A stretch of 64,000 bases of DNA from Geopsychrobacteraceae bacterium. GTDB taxonomy: Bacteria; Desulfobacterota; Desulfuromonadia; Desulfuromonadales; Geopsychrobacteraceae. The stretch covers positions 512,001 through 576,000 of the forward strand of contig CAXXTB010000002.1 of assembly GCA_963676795.2 (NCBI GenBank). The letters run 5' to 3'. The notes below the pieces were generated by a model, which had not been told where the DNA came from, did no database searches, and was given only the letters and a program-made list of their open reading frames with translations. Shown piece after piece: positions 29,504 through 39,737 of this stretch (position 1 is the first letter of the stretch; each line of letters starts with the position of its first letter). The translations under genes and the position numbers were made by a program.

Positions 29504-30229
29504 TCAACCGCCGAGGTAGGCCTTTTTGACCTCCGGATTGCCGAGCAGCTCCTCACTGGTCCCTTCGGCGACGATCTTGCCGGTATCGAGGACATAACCC
29601 CGGTGAGCCAGGTTGAGGGCCAGGTTGGCATTCTGCTCGACGAGCAGGATGGTCATCCCTTCCTCGTTGAGCTGTTTGAGCTTACGGAACAGCTCATACT
29701 TGAGAACCGGGGCCAGCCCCATACTCGGTTCATCGAGGAGCAGGACCTTGCAGCCGGTCATCAGCGCACGGCCGACGGCCAACATCTGCTGCTCGCCACC
29801 GCTTAAGGATTCACTGCGCTGGTTACGGCGTTCCTTGAGTCTTGGAAAGAGGTTGAAGATGTATTCGTACTCTTTCTCCAGGTCGGCATCCTTCTCCCTG
29901 GCGTAGGTCGCCAGCTTGAGGTTCTCCATAACCGTCAGGTTGCCGAAGATCCGGCGTCCTTCCGGTGACAGGGCCAGATGCAGATCCTTGACCACCGAAT
30001 CCGGTTTAGTAGCAAGGATCGATTCCCCCTTGAACTTGATATCCCCGGCTATAACGCGTGGCGCCTCGGGCGGCGGCAGCCTGGCAATGGTATAGAGGCT
30101 GGTGGTCTTGCCGGCACCGTTGGCACCGATCAGGGTGACGATCTCACCTTCGTTGACATGGAAACTGATGCCGTGAAGGGCCTGGATGTTCCCATACTTG
30201 ACTTCAAGATTTTCGACGGAAAGTAGCAT
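29504..30229 (-). CDS. livF: Branched-chain amino acid ABC transporter ATPase
   Basis: GANGAGKT, LSGGEQQML, LDEPSMGLAP, EQNA. Confidence 0.93.
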   Translation of the reverse strand: MLLSVENLEVKYGNIQALHGISFHVNEGEIVTLIGANGAGKTTSLYTIARLPPPEAPRVIAGDIKFKGESILATKPDSVVKDLHLALSPEGRRIFGNLTVMENLKLATYAREKDADLEKEYEYIFNLFPRLKERRNQRSESLSGGEQQMLAVGRALMTGCKVLLLDEPSMGLAPVLKYELFRKLKQLNEEGMTILLVEQNANLALNLAHRGYVLDTGKIVAEGTSEELLGNPEVKKAYLGG

Positions 30230-31026
30230 CAGATATTATCATCTCCCAGGTAGGCCGTGATAACAGCCGGGTTGTTGCGAATCTCTTCCGCGTCGCCTTC
30301 GGCGATAGTCTGGCCGAAGTCGATCACCTTGATCTTGTTACAGAGCTCCATCATGACGTCCATGTGATGTTCGATCATCCAGATGGTGACATCGAAGGTC
30401 TCATGAATCCAGCGCACCAGGCGGATCAGTTCCTTGATGTCCGCTGAGTTGAGGCCTGCCGCCGGTTCATCCAAAAGCAGTAGCTTGGGATGGGTCGACA
30501 GGGCGCGGGCGATTTCGAGTTTGCGCTGGGTGCCGTAGGGAAGGTTCTTCGGTAGCTCCTCGGCAAATCTGGTCAGCTGGAAGATGTCGAGCAGCTCATC
30601 CGCTTCCTTTTTGATTTCCGCTTCGCGCTTCAGATAGCGGCGGCTGCGGATCGCACTGTGGAAAAAACCGTAGCCGAGCCGGTAGTGCTGGGCGACGCGG
30701 ATGTTGTCCATGACCGTCATGTCGTTCCACAGGCGAATATTCTGGAAGGTTCTGGCGACTCCGAGGGAGGTGACCTTGTGCGGTTTCAGGCCTGCTGTCG
30801 GCGCGCCGCCGATGAGGATCTGTCCTTCGGTCGGCTGATAGAAACCGCTGACCAGGTTGAAGACGGTGGTCTTGCCGGCACCGTTGGGGCCGATCAGTCC
30901 GGCCAGCTCATTCTTTTCAAGGCGGACATTGAAATCGGATACAGCCGTCAGGCCGCCGAAGCGCTGGGTCAGGCCGCGGACTTCGAGGACCGGAACTGCG
31001 ACTTGTTCTGTCTGTGCATTCATCAC
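30229..31026 (-). CDS. livG: Branched-chain amino acid ABC transporter ATPase
   Basis: GPNGAGKT, RTFQN, LPYG, LDEPAAG. Confidence 0.93.
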   Translation of the reverse strand: MMNAQTEQVAVPVLEVRGLTQRFGGLTAVSDFNVRLEKNELAGLIGPNGAGKTTVFNLVSGFYQPTEGQILIGGAPTAGLKPHKVTSLGVARTFQNIRLWNDMTVMDNIRVAQHYRLGYGFFHSAIRSRRYLKREAEIKKEADELLDIFQLTRFAEELPKNLPYGTQRKLEIARALSTHPKLLLLDEPAAGLNSADIKELIRLVRWIHETFDVTIWMIEHHMDVMMELCNKIKVIDFGQTIAEGDAEEIRNNPAVITAYLGDDNI

Positions 31027-31035
31027 GTCAAACCT

Positions 31036-32052
31036 CTACTTGAAACGATAAAATTTCTTCAGCCGCGGGAAGATGTCGGACAGTTCGCGGTTGCCCATGA
31101 TCCCTTCCGGTCTGAACTGCATGAGGATGATCAGCAGCAGCGGAATGGCGACCCACTTGATGATCTGCAGCGGGCGCAGTAGCTCGAGCAGAATGGTAAA
31201 CAGGACCGCCGAGAGGATCGAGCCGGACAGTGAACCCATACCCCCCAGGTAAACCATGACCATGACCTCGGTCGACTTGAGGATGTTGAAGCTGCCCGGG
31301 TTGACGTAGCCGATGATGTAGGCGAACAGTCCGCCACCGATACCGGCCATCCCCGAGGAGAGCATGAAGGTGATGGTCTTGATCTTGTTGGTGTTGACGC
31401 TCATGATCTCGGCCGCGACCTCATCCTGGCAGATCGCCGTGACCCCCTTGCCGAAGGTCGATGAGACATAGCGGCGCATCGCCCAGACACAGAAGATGGT
31501 GAAGAGAAACACCCAGATCGGCATCCAGGGCAGGTAGGCGACATCCTCCATCGAGCCGACCAGGCTCTTCATCCCCATGAAGCCGCGTGAGCCGCCGATG
31601 GCGCCGATATTTTCGATGGCGCTGATGATGATGTAGTTGGCGGCGATGGTGATGATCGCCAGATAGTCGCCGCGTGTTTTGTAGGACGGAAAAGCGACCA
31701 GCAGGCCGGCCAGGGCCGCGGCGATGCCGCCGATCAGGATGATGAACGGAAAGGCGTAGAGTGCGTAAGACGGATCGAGCAGCGGCGCGCCGAAGACCTT
31801 GTCCTTGGCGAACAGCCAGACGCCGAGGATCGAAGAGACGTAGGCGCCGACGCACATGAAGCCTGCGTGTCCGCAGGAAAATTCCCCCATGTAGCCGTTG
31901 ACCAGATTGAGGCTGGTCGAGAGGATGACATTAACCCCCATGAACATCAGTACCGAGAGGATATAGAGGCTGACATACTCCTCATAGGCGAGCCAGACGA
32001 TGACCAGACCAACCAGGGCCAGAATCAGGTGGACGGAATAGCGACGTAACAT
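31036..32052 (-). CDS. livM: Branched-chain amino acid ABC permease
   Basis: RGDYLAIIT, GGMGSLSG, RPEGIMG. Confidence 0.92.
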   Translation of the reverse strand: MLRRYSVHLILALVGLVIVWLAYEEYVSLYILSVLMFMGVNVILSTSLNLVNGYMGEFSCGHAGFMCVGAYVSSILGVWLFAKDKVFGAPLLDPSYALYAFPFIILIGGIAAALAGLLVAFPSYKTRGDYLAIITIAANYIIISAIENIGAIGGSRGFMGMKSLVGSMEDVAYLPWMPIWVFLFTIFCVWAMRRYVSSTFGKGVTAICQDEVAAEIMSVNTNKIKTITFMLSSGMAGIGGGLFAYIIGYVNPGSFNILKSTEVMVMVYLGGMGSLSGSILSAVLFTILLELLRPLQIIKWVAIPLLLIILMQFRPEGIMGNRELSDIFPRLKKFYRFK

Positions 32053-32063
32053 GTGATGCCCTC

Positions 32064-32984
32064 CTAGATTTTGGTCGTTTTGGCGATACCGAACAGGCCG
32101 GTCGGTTTCCAGGTCAGGATAGCCAGCAGGACGGCAAAGGCGATCAGGTCGCGGAAGGTCGAGGGGAAGAAGGCGACGACCATGATCTCGACGGCACCGA
32201 GCAGGAAACCGCCGATAAAGGCGCCACGGATGTCGCCGATACCGCCTACAACCGCTGCGATAAAGGCTTTCCAGCCGATCAGTGCGCCCATGTAAGGTTC
32301 AAGAACCGGATAGCTCATAGCGAACAGCAGCCCGGCCAGTCCGGCGAAGCCGGAACCGAGGATAAAGGTGACGACAATGATATGGTCAAGCGGAATTCCC
32401 ATCAGCGGGATCGCAAATTTGTCGTAGGAAATGGCCCGCATCGCCATGCCGACCCGGGTCTTGGTGACCACCCACTGGAGGAACAGGAAAACGACGATGG
32501 CGGTCAGGATAACAGCGACCTTCAGGTTGGTGAAGGTGACGCCGCCCAAACTGTATACCGTTTCATTAACCAGTGACGGAAAGGCCTTGCGGCTGGCACC
32601 CAGAATCGCCAGGTTGCCGTTTTCCAGGATCAGCCCGCACATCAGGGCGGTGATAACGACGTAAAGGCGGTGGGCTCCCTTGCGGCGCAGCGGTCGGTAG
32701 GCGATCCGTTCCAGGGTGACGCCGACCAGCGAGGTCAGGATCATCGTCAGCGGAATGCAGAGCGCCAGCGCGACCCAGCCGGGCAGGCCGAGTGTCGTCA
32801 GAAAAAAGGTGGCGACAAAGAAGGCAATATAGGCTCCGACCATAAAGACATCGCCATGGGCGAAGTTGATCAGGGTCAGTACCCCGTAAACCAGGGTATA
32901 GCCGAGAGCGATCAGGGCATAGAAACTGCCCCATTGGAGTGCATTGATGATGTTCTGAATGATGCTGGCCGCTGAAACTTCCAT
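32064..32984 (-). CDS. livH: Branched-chain amino acid ABC permease
   Basis: YALIALGYTLVYG..INFAHGD, KAFIAAVVGGIG. Confidence 0.93.
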   Translation of the reverse strand: MEVSAASIIQNIINALQWGSFYALIALGYTLVYGVLTLINFAHGDVFMVGAYIAFFVATFFLTTLGLPGWVALALCIPLTMILTSLVGVTLERIAYRPLRRKGAHRLYVVITALMCGLILENGNLAILGASRKAFPSLVNETVYSLGGVTFTNLKVAVILTAIVVFLFLQWVVTKTRVGMAMRAISYDKFAIPLMGIPLDHIIVVTFILGSGFAGLAGLLFAMSYPVLEPYMGALIGWKAFIAAVVGGIGDIRGAFIGGFLLGAVEIMVVAFFPSTFRDLIAFAVLLAILTWKPTGLFGIAKTTKI

Positions 32985-33141
32985 AGTTTAACTTTCAATG
33001 GCTTTGAGGGCTGGCAGACAGCCCTGGTGTTGATGAAGGATGATCTTTCGAATGCTTTACATTTGGTGGTCTGGATCGATGTCATGCCAGACAATGAAGA
33101 GGCAGTGGGCTTTGAGCCCACTGCCGGTCTGATGTCACGGA

Positions 33142-34311
33142 TTATTGAGGGCAGACGGATTCGGTAAATTCGAATTCGCCGCTGTTGCTGATCTTGACGA
33201 CAACGGCGCACTTGACCGGGTCGCCCTGGTCATCGAACTTCATGCTGCCGGTGATGCCGTCGAAGCTGGCGATGGCGGCCATCCCTTCGCGGACGGCTTT
33301 GCGGTCGCGCTTGAGCTTGCCCGACAAACCATCGGTGTTCTGGATGGCCTGAAGGATAACGCGGGTTGCGTCCCAGGTCAGCGCTGCGACATCGTCAGGG
33401 GTATAGCCGTACTTTGCAGTATAACGCTCGATGAATTCCTTGGTTGCGCCGGTCGCACCGGCTGCAGCGTAGTGGGTTGAGAAGTGCAGCCCTTTGCAGT
33501 CGTCGCCGCAGAGGGTCATCAGCTCGGAAGAACCCCAGGCGTCAGAACCCATGAATTCCCCTTTGTAGCCCAGTTTACGGGCCTGGGGAACGATCAGAGC
33601 AACCTGGTTGTAGTTGTCCGGGACGAAGATGAAATCCGGTTTGGCGGCAATGATCTTGGTCAGCTGGGCACTGAAGTCCTGATCCTTGGTGCCGTGGCTT
33701 TCAAAGGCGACGACGCTGCCTGCGCCCATCTTGTTCTCAAAGACCGATTTGAAGATTTCAGCCAGGCCTTTGGAGTAGTCGTTGGACAGATCGTAGAGAA
33801 CGGCTGCATTCTTGGCGCCGAAGGTCTTGATCGCAAAGTTCATGGCTACAGGACCCTGGAAGGGGTCGAGGAAGGCAGCGCGGAAAACCCAGGGGCGATC
33901 GTAGGTGGCATCCGGGTTGGTCGACCAGGGAGAGATCATGACCACGCCACTGTCGTTAGCGACCTGGCCGGCAGGAACGGCCTGTTTCGAAGAGTTCGGA
34001 CCGACCATGGCGAGGATTCCATCTTTTTCGATCAGTTTCAGAGCGGTGGTAACGGCCGACTCGGCTTTGGCTTCGTTATCTTCGTAGATGAAGTCGAGCA
34101 TGTATTTTTTGCCGCCGACTTCGAGGCCGCCGGCGCCGTTGATATCGGCTTTTAGCATTTCAGCGGCGTATTTTGAGGATTCGCCGACTTTCGGGATGTC
34201 CCCGGTCAACGGAATGTTGAAACCGATCTTGATGGTGTCGGCAGCCATGGCTGGTAAGGCCAGCATCACGGCAGCCAGGGTAAGCAATACTGCGCACAGG
34301 GTCTTGTTCAT
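33142..34311 (-). CDS. livK: Branched-chain amino acid ABC substrate-binding protein
   Basis: Signal peptide, IKIG..PLTG, FRAAFLDPFQG, DYSKGLA; AGGAGG RBS. Confidence 0.9.
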   Translation of the reverse strand: MNKTLCAVLLTLAAVMLALPAMAADTIKIGFNIPLTGDIPKVGESSKYAAEMLKADINGAGGLEVGGKKYMLDFIYEDNEAKAESAVTTALKLIEKDGILAMVGPNSSKQAVPAGQVANDSGVVMISPWSTNPDATYDRPWVFRAAFLDPFQGPVAMNFAIKTFGAKNAAVLYDLSNDYSKGLAEIFKSVFENKMGAGSVVAFESHGTKDQDFSAQLTKIIAAKPDFIFVPDNYNQVALIVPQARKLGYKGEFMGSDAWGSSELMTLCGDDCKGLHFSTHYAAAGATGATKEFIERYTAKYGYTPDDVAALTWDATRVILQAIQNTDGLSGKLKRDRKAVREGMAAIASFDGITGSMKFDDQGDPVKCAVVVKISNSGEFEFTESVCPQ

Positions 34312-34373
34312 GTTGCCTCCTCTTGTTCGGGTAAGTTGAGTTGAAATGCAGTGAACAAACACTTTCTTGGCAG

Positions 34374-34417
34374 AAAAAACAAAACCGCCCGCCTGGTTTT
34401 CAACCGGGCTGTGGCGG
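34374..34417 (-). terminator. Terminator-like hairpin in the livK 5' leader
   Basis: Minus strand CCGCC-ACAGCCCGGTTGAAAACCAGGCG-GGCGG then TTTTGTTTTTT, about 60 nt before the livK start. Confidence 0.55.
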
Positions 34418-34608
34418 CGTCATTGCTCAGCCATCTGCGATCTGTTTTCTCCTTTGTTTACTCATGTTTCATGAGCATGGACGACAGTGGTTATCTTTTT
34501 TCATTTGCTCAAAAATTGCAATAACTTTATTGATATTGCTAGGAAAAATAGAAACCTTTAAGGTTCCGCTGATGGGTATGTCTGTCCATTGATTCTTTAG
34601 CGTTTTAA

Positions 34609-34648
34609 TTGACATTTGATTGCAAACTGATTATTGTGCAAATGCACA
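34609..34648 (+). promoter_or_regulatory. Sigma70 promoter with overlapping palindromic operator candidate
   Basis: TTGACA-17nt-TATTGT; TGTGCA-AA-TGCACA at 34635-34648. Confidence 0.6.
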
Positions 34649-34689
34649 TATGCTGTGCGTGAAAACAGATGCTGACCGACAGGAAAAAG

Positions 34690-35001
34690 ATGTCCCCAAG
34701 ACCGAGAAAACCAAGAATCTGCTGCCCGACCCGGCGTCCGACAGATAATCTCTATAAACCCGCCGGAACCCCGACGACCAGACTGGAAAAGGTGGCTATC
34801 GAAGCCGATGAGCTGGAGGCGCTTTCACTCTGTGATCGTGACGGCATGACCCAGGCTGAGGCCGGTGACCTGATGGGGATCTCACGCGGAACCGTGCAGC
34901 GCCTGGTGACCAGTGGCCGGAAAAAGATCATCGAAGCCCTGATTGAGGGGCATGCCCTGGTTCTCAAGCCGCACGAAGGAGGTGCCGATGAGCCGATCTG
35001 A
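34690..35001 (+). CDS. DUF134-family HTH protein
   Basis: PRPRKPR, YKPAG, DELEAL, QAEAG..MGISRGT. Confidence 0.88.
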   Translation: MSPRPRKPRICCPTRRPTDNLYKPAGTPTTRLEKVAIEADELEALSLCDRDGMTQAEAGDLMGISRGTVQRLVTSGRKKIIEALIEGHALVLKPHEGGADEPI

Positions 35002-35482
35002 GCTGATTGAAATCATCACCACCGGCGGCACCATCGATAAAATCTATTTCGATGCCAAAAGCAGTTATGAAATCGGCGATCCGCAGATTGGTGAGGTGCT
35101 CAAAGAGGCCAACCTGACCATTCCTTACCAGATCAGATCTGTGTTGCGTAAAGACAGTCTGGAGCTGACCGGAGAAGATCGTGAAACCATCAGGCGTGCC
35201 GTTGAAGAGAGTGACGCTCAGCGAGTCGTTGTTACCCACGGTACGGACACCATGGTCAGGACAGCGCAGGTTCTGTCAGCGGTAAAGGGGAAGACCGTGG
35301 TTCTGACCGGCTCAATGCAACCGGCCCGTTTTCGTCTGAACGATGCTGCTTACAATATCGCTGCGGCCATGACCGCAGTCCAGATTCTGCCCGCCGGTAC
35401 CTGGATCGTCATGAACGGACGCGTCTTCGATCCGCACAAAACCCATAAAAATGTTGAAATGAACCGGTTCGAGGAAATCTGA
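34988..35482 (+). CDS. Short asparaginase-domain protein
   Basis: TTGGTIDK, KDSLE, THGTDTM, TGSMQP; N-terminal domain only. Confidence 0.88.
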   Translation: MSRSELIEIITTGGTIDKIYFDAKSSYEIGDPQIGEVLKEANLTIPYQIRSVLRKDSLELTGEDRETIRRAVEESDAQRVVVTHGTDTMVRTAQVLSAVKGKTVVLTGSMQPARFRLNDAAYNIAAAMTAVQILPAGTWIVMNGRVFDPHKTHKNVEMNRFEEI

Positions 35483-35530
35483 GACTGTTTACAGCCCAGA
35501 GATTGACTCTCTCCTACAGCTGAAAATCAT

Positions 35531-35574
35531 CGCATCACGCATCACGCATCACGCATCACGCATCACGCATCACG
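35531..35574. repeat. Heptanucleotide tandem repeat (CGCATCA)x6
   Basis: Six perfect copies between convergent stop codons. Confidence 0.95.
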
Positions 35575-35577
35575 TGC

Positions 35578-36558
35578 TTAATTCAGATTTTCTGGACTGC
35601 GCTGGCAGATCAGGATGCTGCTGCCCGGCTGTTTTTTGGCGGCTTTTTTTGTCTCTGTGCAGATATCGATAACTTCCATGACACTTGAGAATTGACGCCT
35701 GGTCAGATCGACCCCGCCCATGCTCAGGCTGACCAACGGATGGCGCCGCTCTTCCCCTTCGCGGTTGTAGGCGACAACGTAACCTTTCTCTATATCTTCC
35801 GTGTTATAAAACTCCCTGATTCCAACGTCGATACGGCGGATAATCTCTGCTGCAATGGTCGCGCATTTCTCCGCCGGAGCGATGAAGACAAAATCGTCGC
35901 CACCGATATGGCCGAGGAATGAGTCGCCACAGCCGTTCTGTTGCAGAGCGACACGAATGACATTGGCCGTGAAGCTGATCAGGTCATCTCCCTGGCCGAA
36001 GCCGTAGGTGTCGTTGTAGACCTTGAAGTGATCGAGATCGGCGTAGATGACGCAGACCTGCTGCGCCTCGGCAAGGGCTCTTTCCAGTTCGTTGCGGATG
36101 CTGTTATTGCCCGGCAGCCCGGTATTGGGGTTGGCGTCGAGGGCCAGTTGATGAAGCCGTCTGAGTTCTTTGACCGCCCTGGCCAGTTTGAGTTGATTCT
36201 TGATTCTGGCCAGCACCGAAGGTGCATTGTAGGGCTTGGCGATATAGTCAGCGGCTCCGACATTGAAGGCCTTCTCTTCCGCAGCGGGAGATGCGTCTGA
36301 AGTCAGAAAGATCACCGGAATCTCGCGGCTGTACTCCTCGTCTTTCAGCCGGGAGCAGATCGCGAACCCGCTTTCGCCAGGGTAACGGGTGTCGAGCAGG
36401 ATCAGGTCGATCGTCTGTTTGTTGACAGCTTTGAATATCTCGTCACTGTTCTGGGCGATGGCCACATGGTAGTGATCCTTGAGGGTGCCGATCAGGGTCG
36501 CCTGATTGAAGATCTCCGGATCGGCGATCAGGATTCTGCTTTTTTCGCTTGAGCTCAT
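35578..36558 (-). CDS. REC-GGDEF response regulator (GGDDF-type diguanylate cyclase)
   Basis: Receiver domain, ANPNTGLPGN, DLDHFKVYNDTYG..GD, GHIGGDDF. Confidence 0.9.
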   Translation of the reverse strand: MSSSEKSRILIADPEIFNQATLIGTLKDHYHVAIAQNSDEIFKAVNKQTIDLILLDTRYPGESGFAICSRLKDEEYSREIPVIFLTSDASPAAEEKAFNVGAADYIAKPYNAPSVLARIKNQLKLARAVKELRRLHQLALDANPNTGLPGNNSIRNELERALAEAQQVCVIYADLDHFKVYNDTYGFGQGDDLISFTANVIRVALQQNGCGDSFLGHIGGDDFVFIAPAEKCATIAAEIIRRIDVGIREFYNTEDIEKGYVVAYNREGEERRHPLVSLSMGGVDLTRRQFSSVMEVIDICTETKKAAKKQPGSSILICQRSPENLN

Positions 36559-36583
36559 ATGCGTCCTTGCACAAGCTTAACGG

Positions 36584-37345
36584 TTAGAGAATCTGGCTGA
36601 GGAACAGCTTGGTTCTCTCATGCTGCGGGTTGTCAAAGAAGACATCCGGGCTGTTCTCTTCGACGATCTGTCCATAGTCCATAAACAGGACCCGGTCGGC
36701 AACACTCTTGGCGAAACCCATCTCGTGGGTGACAACGAGCATGGTCATCCCTTCTTCGGCAAGATCGATCATGACGTCGAGGACTTCCTTGATCATCTCC
36801 GGGTCGAGCGCTGAGGTCGGTTCGTCAAACAGCATGACCTCGGGGCTCATGCACAGACTGCGGGCGATGGCGACGCGCTGTTGCTGACCACCCGACAACT
36901 GGCCGGGATATTTCTTGGCCTGTTCGGCGATGTGGACCTTTTCCAGATACATCATGGCCGCTTCCTCAGCCTGCTTCTTCGGGATCTTACGGACCCAGAT
37001 CGGACCCAGGGTCAGATTTTCCAGAATCGTCAGGTGCGGAAACAGGTTGAAGTGCTGAAAGACCATGCCGACTTCGGCCCGGACTTTTTCGATATTCTTG
37101 ATGTCGTTGGTCAGTTCGACGCCGTTGACGATAATCTGTCCGCGCTGGTGCTCTTCCAGGCGGTTGATGCAGCGGATCAGGGTTGATTTTCCCGAACCGG
37201 ACGGTCCGCAGATAACGATCCGCTCCCCTTCCTGCACTTCGAGGTTGATATCGCTCAAAACATGAAACTCACCGTACCACTTGTGCATGTCCCTGATGGT
37301 GATGATCGGCCCGGACTTCGGTGTTTCATCTTTCACTTTATTCAT
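36584..37345 (-). CDS. aapP: General L-amino acid ABC transporter ATPase
   Basis: [27 protein letters not shown]. Confidence 0.9.
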   Translation of the reverse strand: MNKVKDETPKSGPIITIRDMHKWYGEFHVLSDINLEVQEGERIVICGPSGSGKSTLIRCINRLEEHQRGQIIVNGVELTNDIKNIEKVRAEVGMVFQHFNLFPHLTILENLTLGPIWVRKIPKKQAEEAAMMYLEKVHIAEQAKKYPGQLSGGQQQRVAIARSLCMSPEVMLFDEPTSALDPEMIKEVLDVMIDLAEEGMTMLVVTHEMGFAKSVADRVLFMDYGQIVEENSPDVFFDNPQHERTKLFLSQIL

Positions 37346-37375
37346 CGTGTTTTCCTCGTTAGCCAGCGACCTCAA

Positions 37376-38464
37376 TCAGTGGCCGGTATGCAGCTCTTTT
37401 TCAAGCTTGCGGCTGTAGCTGGACATGCCGTAGCAGAAGATAAAATAGAGAATTGCCAGGAAAATATAGGCCTCTGTCGAGTAGCCGGTCCAGTTCGGGT
37501 TGGACAGCGCAACCTTGGTCGTCTTGAGTATGTCGTATAGGGCGATGATAACAACCAGCGAGGTGTCCTTGAACGCCGAAAGCAGGATGCCGACCGTTGG
37601 CGGTATGACGATTTTCAGGGCCTGGGGCAGAACGATCAGCCTCATCGTCTGGTTGTAGTTCAGCCCAAGAGAGTCGGCCGCTTCATACTGCCCTTTGGGG
37701 ATCGCCTGCAGGCCGCCACGCACGACCTCGGCGATATAGGCGGCGGTAAAGAGGATGATGGCGACCTGGGCACGCAGGACCTTGTCGATGGTGACGCCCT
37801 CCGGCAGAAACAGCGGGAACATGACCGAGGACATGAACAGCAGGCTGATCAGGGGAACCCCGCGGATCATTTCGATATAGATGACGCACAGGGTTTTGAT
37901 CGCCGGCATGCGCGAACGGCGTCCCAGGGCGAGCAGAACCCCGAAGGGGTAGGCGACGATCATGCCGAAAAACGACAGGATCAGGGTCAGCGGCAGGCCG
38001 CTCCACTGCGAGGTCTCAACGACCGGCAGGCCAAAGCCGCCATGCATCAACACCGCCATGACGATGATATTGACGAGCCAGACCCAGAGCAGCGATTTCT
38101 TCCAGCGCTTGCGCTCCTTTGAGTAGATGACCATGCCGATCAGCAGTACCATCATCAGCAGGGGCCGCCATTCCTGGCCTTCCGGATAGAAGCCGAGGAA
38201 GATGAACTTGATGTTGTTGGGGATAACCGACCAGCAGGCGCCGTCGATATCGCGACAAGCCTCAGCAGTGCTGTTCCACAGGCTGTCGATGAAGGCCCAT
38301 TTGATCAGCGGCGGGATCAGCCAGAGCAGGATGCCGATGGTGACGATCGTCAACAGTGAGTTGAGCCAGGAGCTGAACAGGTTCTGTTTCAGCCAGCCCA
38401 GCACACCGACATTGGTCACCGGTGGTTTGAGGTATTCACGTTTTGGATTCGCCGGTACTGACAT
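37376..38464 (-). CDS. aapM: General L-amino acid ABC permease
   Basis: NLFSSW, GACW, RGVPLI, AEVVRGGLQ. Confidence 0.9.
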   Translation of the reverse strand: MSVPANPKREYLKPPVTNVGVLGWLKQNLFSSWLNSLLTIVTIGILLWLIPPLIKWAFIDSLWNSTAEACRDIDGACWSVIPNNIKFIFLGFYPEGQEWRPLLMMVLLIGMVIYSKERKRWKKSLLWVWLVNIIVMAVLMHGGFGLPVVETSQWSGLPLTLILSFFGMIVAYPFGVLLALGRRSRMPAIKTLCVIYIEMIRGVPLISLLFMSSVMFPLFLPEGVTIDKVLRAQVAIILFTAAYIAEVVRGGLQAIPKGQYEAADSLGLNYNQTMRLIVLPQALKIVIPPTVGILLSAFKDTSLVVIIALYDILKTTKVALSNPNWTGYSTEAYIFLAILYFIFCYGMSSYSRKLEKELHTGH

Positions 38465-38465
38465 A

Positions 38466-39662
38466 TTATCTCTCCACCAGCGCAGTGCGATTATTGTACC
38501 AGTTCATGAACAGGGAGGTACTCAGGCTGAAGAACAGGTAAACGACCATGATGATGGCGACCCCTTCGATCGCCTGACCGGTCTGGTTGATGGTTGTATT
38601 GGTGACGGCGACAAAATCGGCGTAGCCGATCGCTACCGCCAGGGTACTGTTTTTGGTCAGGTTGAGCATCTGGCTGGTCAGTGGCGGAATAATGACCCGC
38701 AGGGCCTGAGGAAGTACAACCAGTTGCAGAATGCGGCCCGGACGCAGACCGATCGACATGGCCGCTTCGATCTGACCTTTGCCGATCGCCTGAATTCCGG
38801 CGCGGACGATCTCGGCGACAAAGGCCGAGGTGTAGAGCACCAGCCCCAGCAGCAGGGCGCTGAATTCGGGGCTGACCGTGAGCCCGCCGCGGAAGTTGAA
38901 GCCTTTCAGTTCAGGAACATTCATGCCGGTCGGCGCGCCATAGGCGATCCAGATCAGCAGCGGGATGACAATTGCCAGTGCCACGGTGATGCGCAGGGCG
39001 GGCAAGGCTTTGCCGGTTCTGGCCTGTCTGCGGTAGCCCCAGCGGTTGAAAAAATAGCCGAAAACCAGCACAACGAGGAATGCCAACCCCATGGCCGGAT
39101 AGGCCGGATGGGCCTCGGGGATTGCGAAGATCAGTCCCCTGTTGCAGAGAAAAACTCCGGAGATCGGGTTGAGTGCCTGGCGTGGCTTGGGAAAAGCTTC
39201 ATAGAAAATGGCGTACCAGAAGAACAGCTGGAGCAAAACCGGGATGTTCTGCATGACCTCGATAAAAAGTGCCGAAATTTTGGCAATCAGCCAGTTTTTG
39301 GAAAGCTTGGCAATGCCGATCAGGGTGCCGAAAATGATCGTCAGAATGATGCCGAAAAAGGCGACCTTGATGGTGTTCAGGGCACCGACGACCAGGGCTC
39401 TGGCGTAGCTGTCAGCAGCCGAGTAATCGATCAGCGATTCGGCGATTTCGAAAGAGGCCTCTTTGCCGAGAAAGTCGAAGCCGGTAGCTATCGATTGTCT
39501 GGCCAGGTTGGCCTGGGTATTGGCAAACAGGTAGTAGCCGATGGCAAAGACGATAACCAGGGCCACAAACTGGAAGACCAGGGCCCGCTTGTCCGGGTCG
39601 CGCCAGAAAGGGACAGTCGGTGCTGACTGGTCATGACGTTTGTCTGGAGCCGCTGTCTTCAA
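38466..39662 (-). CDS. aapQ: General L-amino acid ABC permease
   Basis: GFDFL, NIPVLLQ, GFNFRGG, AEIVRAGI. Start is uncertain (TTG 39662 or GTG 39695). Confidence 0.88.
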   Translation of the reverse strand: MKTAAPDKRHDQSAPTVPFWRDPDKRALVFQFVALVIVFAIGYYLFANTQANLARQSIATGFDFLGKEASFEIAESLIDYSAADSYARALVVGALNTIKVAFFGIILTIIFGTLIGIAKLSKNWLIAKISALFIEVMQNIPVLLQLFFWYAIFYEAFPKPRQALNPISGVFLCNRGLIFAIPEAHPAYPAMGLAFLVVLVFGYFFNRWGYRRQARTGKALPALRITVALAIVIPLLIWIAYGAPTGMNVPELKGFNFRGGLTVSPEFSALLLGLVLYTSAFVAEIVRAGIQAIGKGQIEAAMSIGLRPGRILQLVVLPQALRVIIPPLTSQMLNLTKNSTLAVAIGYADFVAVTNTTINQTGQAIEGVAIIMVVYLFFSLSTSLFMNWYNNRTALVER

Positions 39663-39737
39663 AATGAATTCCCCGTCGATAGCAGATAGATTCACCGGCA
39701 GCGAAGCTGGCTCCGCTGCCGGTGGTTATAACAAAAA

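Noticed and set aside
35578..36558. REC-GGDEF as the cGAMP synthase (Hypr/GacA) for the A20 riboswitch
   Set aside because: It keeps the Asp in NDTYGFGQGD; Hypr enzymes have Ser/Thr at this base-specificity position.
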